This document shows, in pieces, positions 60,601 through 64,000 of a stretch of 64,000 bases of DNA. The stretch comes from Lytechinus pictus (Eukaryota): positions 11,098,001 through 11,162,000 of the forward strand of contig NC_087256.1 of the NCBI RefSeq assembly GCF_037042905.1. The letters run 5' to 3'. The notes beneath the pieces are model-generated. The model ran no database searches, was not told the origin of the DNA, and saw only the letters and a program-made list of their open reading frames with translations. Within the stretch, counting starts at the first letter, position 1. Every line of letters begins with the position of its first letter. Both the position numbers and the translations under genes were made by a program.

Positions 60601-63600
60601 CAGCGCTTGTGATGGTGCACTTGTGTGAAAACTTTCAGCGATACAGATCGATCTCTTTTGTAGTCTTCGACTAGACCCTTGGAGTGTATCAAAATATTAA
60701 ATTTACCTTGGTTTCTTGATATCTCTAGAATAATTTATTCGCTTTGTAAATGATTTTGTTCTATAATGGTACGCGGTGTTTTTCATTGCCATGGAATCAA
60801 CGATTGGTGATTAGGGAGACTCATGACATAACCAACCCGAATATAAGCGAGTCTGAAAATGAGTCTGGTGAATTCACACTTGACAAATACTCGGCGATCT
60901 CCAGATTCTCGTATAAATCTCGACAATGATAATGGGACGATTAGAAACGGCATTTTGCCTGTTCTCCCTGGAGAACGTCTGCCCGTTAGCTTGGGGCTAA
61001 TTCAAAATGGACAATGCAGGATATGAACTTCATTCTTGGTGTCAGCACCTTACCCCCCACTCTTCTTCCGTGTTCACGAGTAATTATAGTCAGTACTACT
61101 CAACAGTGATCTCTGTTTTCCGCAGAAAACCAGAAAACAAAAATGTCATGATCAGAGCGCAGATTGAAGACTTTCCTTCCCTTTCAAAGTGTATCAGCCC
61201 GGTTGCGCCAGAGTGCTCTGATTCCTTCGATTTTAGAACAAAGCGGTCCCAACGGCATGTCGGGCAAACCTCCACAAATTGCACAAGGATGACATTATCA
61301 AGCGTAATTGTGTTCCTTCCCTTGATCGACAGGAGATAGCACCCCAAATAAATGTTCTACAATATTTCCAATAAAAATAGACAAAGAGCATGTAGGACGA
61401 GACTTGAGGGGTTCAAAACCCTGTGTAAAGATGGCGCAAAAAGCATACGACTTTTTAATTGCGTCCCCCTTCCCGCGTTAAGAGCAATAAGCATGATAAG
61501 TGTGAATTGAGAACACTATCGGTTGTGTTAGCTATCGTTTTCTAACTGTCGTCTGCCGAGCAGCTGCGCCCTCTGACACAACCCCTGAGATTTGCAACCA
61601 AATTTCAGCACAAGACAGCTGAAATTTCTTTCAATAAGGGAATTTTTCTCAACTTTAGTTACATTTTCCTCCCTCTTCCCTTTTACTTTTCGCCCATTAA
61701 TTTACCGAAATCAATTATCGTATACTCGTTATGATCATGAAAGAAAGCACGATCTGCCAGAGAACAAGTCGTGTAATTTTAAACATTTGGTTGTTTCATT
61801 CTGAGAATCTGAGAATGATTTGCAAATGATTTTTAAACTATAAGGGGTTAGAAATATTTGAAGAAAGCGGGAAAAGAGACAAAGAGGGAATATGAACAAA
61901 AAGTGCTATAAAAGTATGTTACTTTCCAAGTGAAATCTCACTGAGCAAATTTATGTATTTGTTGGGAAGTTCCTTATTCAAATCGATTCTACATTGCTTC
62001 GTCCAGCAGAAATTCATTTTGGGATTTTACAAGAACTCGCGATGTGTGAAATTATAGTATGAGTCGGCTCTTTACAAAATGATTGAGTAAAAAACAATAT
62101 TGAAAAGGAAAAATAAGCAATAAATGCTTTCTAAGCTGAAAGGAGGCAGACACAATCTTATTCGAATTTAAGCATTGTGTTAACTCATCTTTTTAAGATT
62201 TTGCTATTGCTTCAAATAATATTTGGAAGATTAATTTGATTCCCGCATGTTGCCTCAAATCATTGTGCTTCTTTGTAATACTAAGGTTTTCGATTTCCTT
62301 TAACATGTTAAAGAATGAATCGACATTATATTACACTAATTTTACGAACCGCTATATCATTATGAATTTATTGTCCCGCTCAGATTGAAGGTGATGATTA
62401 TTATTTTGAACTTTAGTATGTTGATTTCAACAAAGGAAAACAAATCTATAAAAAAAACACATGCTGAGGTTAATATAACAGGGCCCTATAAAGCCCCAAA
62501 CAATGTATTGTCGGAAAAAAAACTTCATACCAAAGGCTATATGAAATTAGAAAATGAAAACAAAAATTGAAACGATGTCCCACATCAAACGTGCTGTTGT
62601 TGTTGTTATTGTTGTTTGAGGAAAATTCTTCATTTACTTACTTAGGAGTAGCCGAAATATAAAAACAAACACACTAGAACATTAAAGATGGGACAATTGA
62701 GATAGATTTCATAATAATTAGCTCATTAATCAACGGGTCCTGCGATTATGACGATTATTGAGGAGTCGCTAGAATGGCGCACTTGCTCAAGTTCGTCAAC
62801 CCTTAATCTCCTATTTCAATTTGCGTGGATTTGATAGTAACGGTCATATTCCAAGCGTGTCTCTGAACACAGTCTAAAATTCAGACAATTTCGTTAGTAA
62901 TCAAGACTTGGAAGGTGGATATTTGAAGGCTGATAACGCCTACTTTAGATAGCTCCAAGTAGTTAGCTCATAAAATATATCATAAAGTAAAATCAATATC
63001 ATATTACTCAATGATTCGCTGTTAATGCTTTGATAATAAAGGAAAACGGAAAAACATGTTTAAATTTAAAGACTATCAAGGAGGAAGAAATTGGCGCGAT
63101 TAAGAAGGATCAAGTTTATGATAATGCCATCAGGCCGGGAGAAATTGTCAAACATTTATCGTGCTTATACCAAAGCAGCAATCATCACTCGCACTAAGCC
63201 GGATAGCGGTATACATCCTTTGTGACATGTTATTCCTAAAAGGAGAGCAATCACATCCTTTCAGATGAACCCGACTTCGAGTTACATCCCATGGATTCAA
63301 TGCAAGATCAACAGCGATTTCGAGGGTATTCCTCGGGGCTCTATACTTACTTGGGCGCGATCCCCCGCCCAGTTAAAACCCGCTGCCGCCTTTTTAATCG
63401 AGGTTTTAGCAGCGACTGCGTGCTTCGATTGTTGACAACACGCAGATGAAATACTTCCTAATAATCGTCTCAAGCAGCACCATCTTCAAAACGAGAACGT
63501 TGACTTATCAACAGGGAAGACTTTTATTACTTTGATACTTAATCTCCTAGTTTGGATGGAAAACATTGATTTATTTAATGACCTGTTAGAACTTCAAAAT

Positions 63601-64000
63601 GTGGACAAAAAACTAACAATGGTAAAAAGTTAATTATAGACTTCAGAGGTAACTGACCATAGCATAAATTAAACATTTCCGAATGAATGAAGTGAATTTA
63701 TTTGTCGTATTTAGCTATTTATAGAGTTTATATAATATATATGTTTCGTGTCAATAAAACAAATTTTAATTCCTATGTTTATGATCATAAATAAACTCTA
63801 AACTGAACTGGACTAGTGAATAAAGAAAAATGCCAGAATTAACACTCTTCTTCATAATAGTCTTCTATATAATCTCCAACTTTTTAATACGTGCTTATAT
63901 AAGACCATACATACTGTCCACATTGCGCCAGATAATTCCAGATCGATAGTTTAAGAAATGATTATATTTTTTTACCAATGTCCGCCAAACATTCATGGTG

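Overview
AT-rich, repeat-rich metazoan genomic DNA. The repeat types and the Hex protein suggest a sea urchin or similar deuterostome invertebrate (inference only). The one host gene I can support is a complete 4-exon Hhex/Hex (PRH) homeobox gene on the minus strand: CDS join 59992-59479, 34739-34549, 24152-24102, 20971-20762, giving 321 aa, with introns of about 24.7, 10.4 and 3.1 kb. Exon 3 is absent from the ORF track. Downstream of Hhex is a degenerate CR1/L2-clade LINE (ORF1 plus PHD-endonuclease-RT ORF2). It sits inside a TTAA-flanked MITE and is itself interrupted by a Harbinger-type MITE. The rest of the window is SINEs, many short palindromic MITEs (8-bp, 5-bp, TTAA, 3-bp and 2-bp target duplications), microsatellites and four N-runs. 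The most unusual object is a 173-bp element in Hhex intron 2. Its head is the Alu domain of 7SL (SRP) RNA, joined to a B-box, a Nin/Deu-like core, a 3' stem-loop and a (CA)n tail, which makes it an apparent Alu-like 7SL-derived SINE in an invertebrate. No prokaryotic features (CRISPR, operons, rRNA) were seen.
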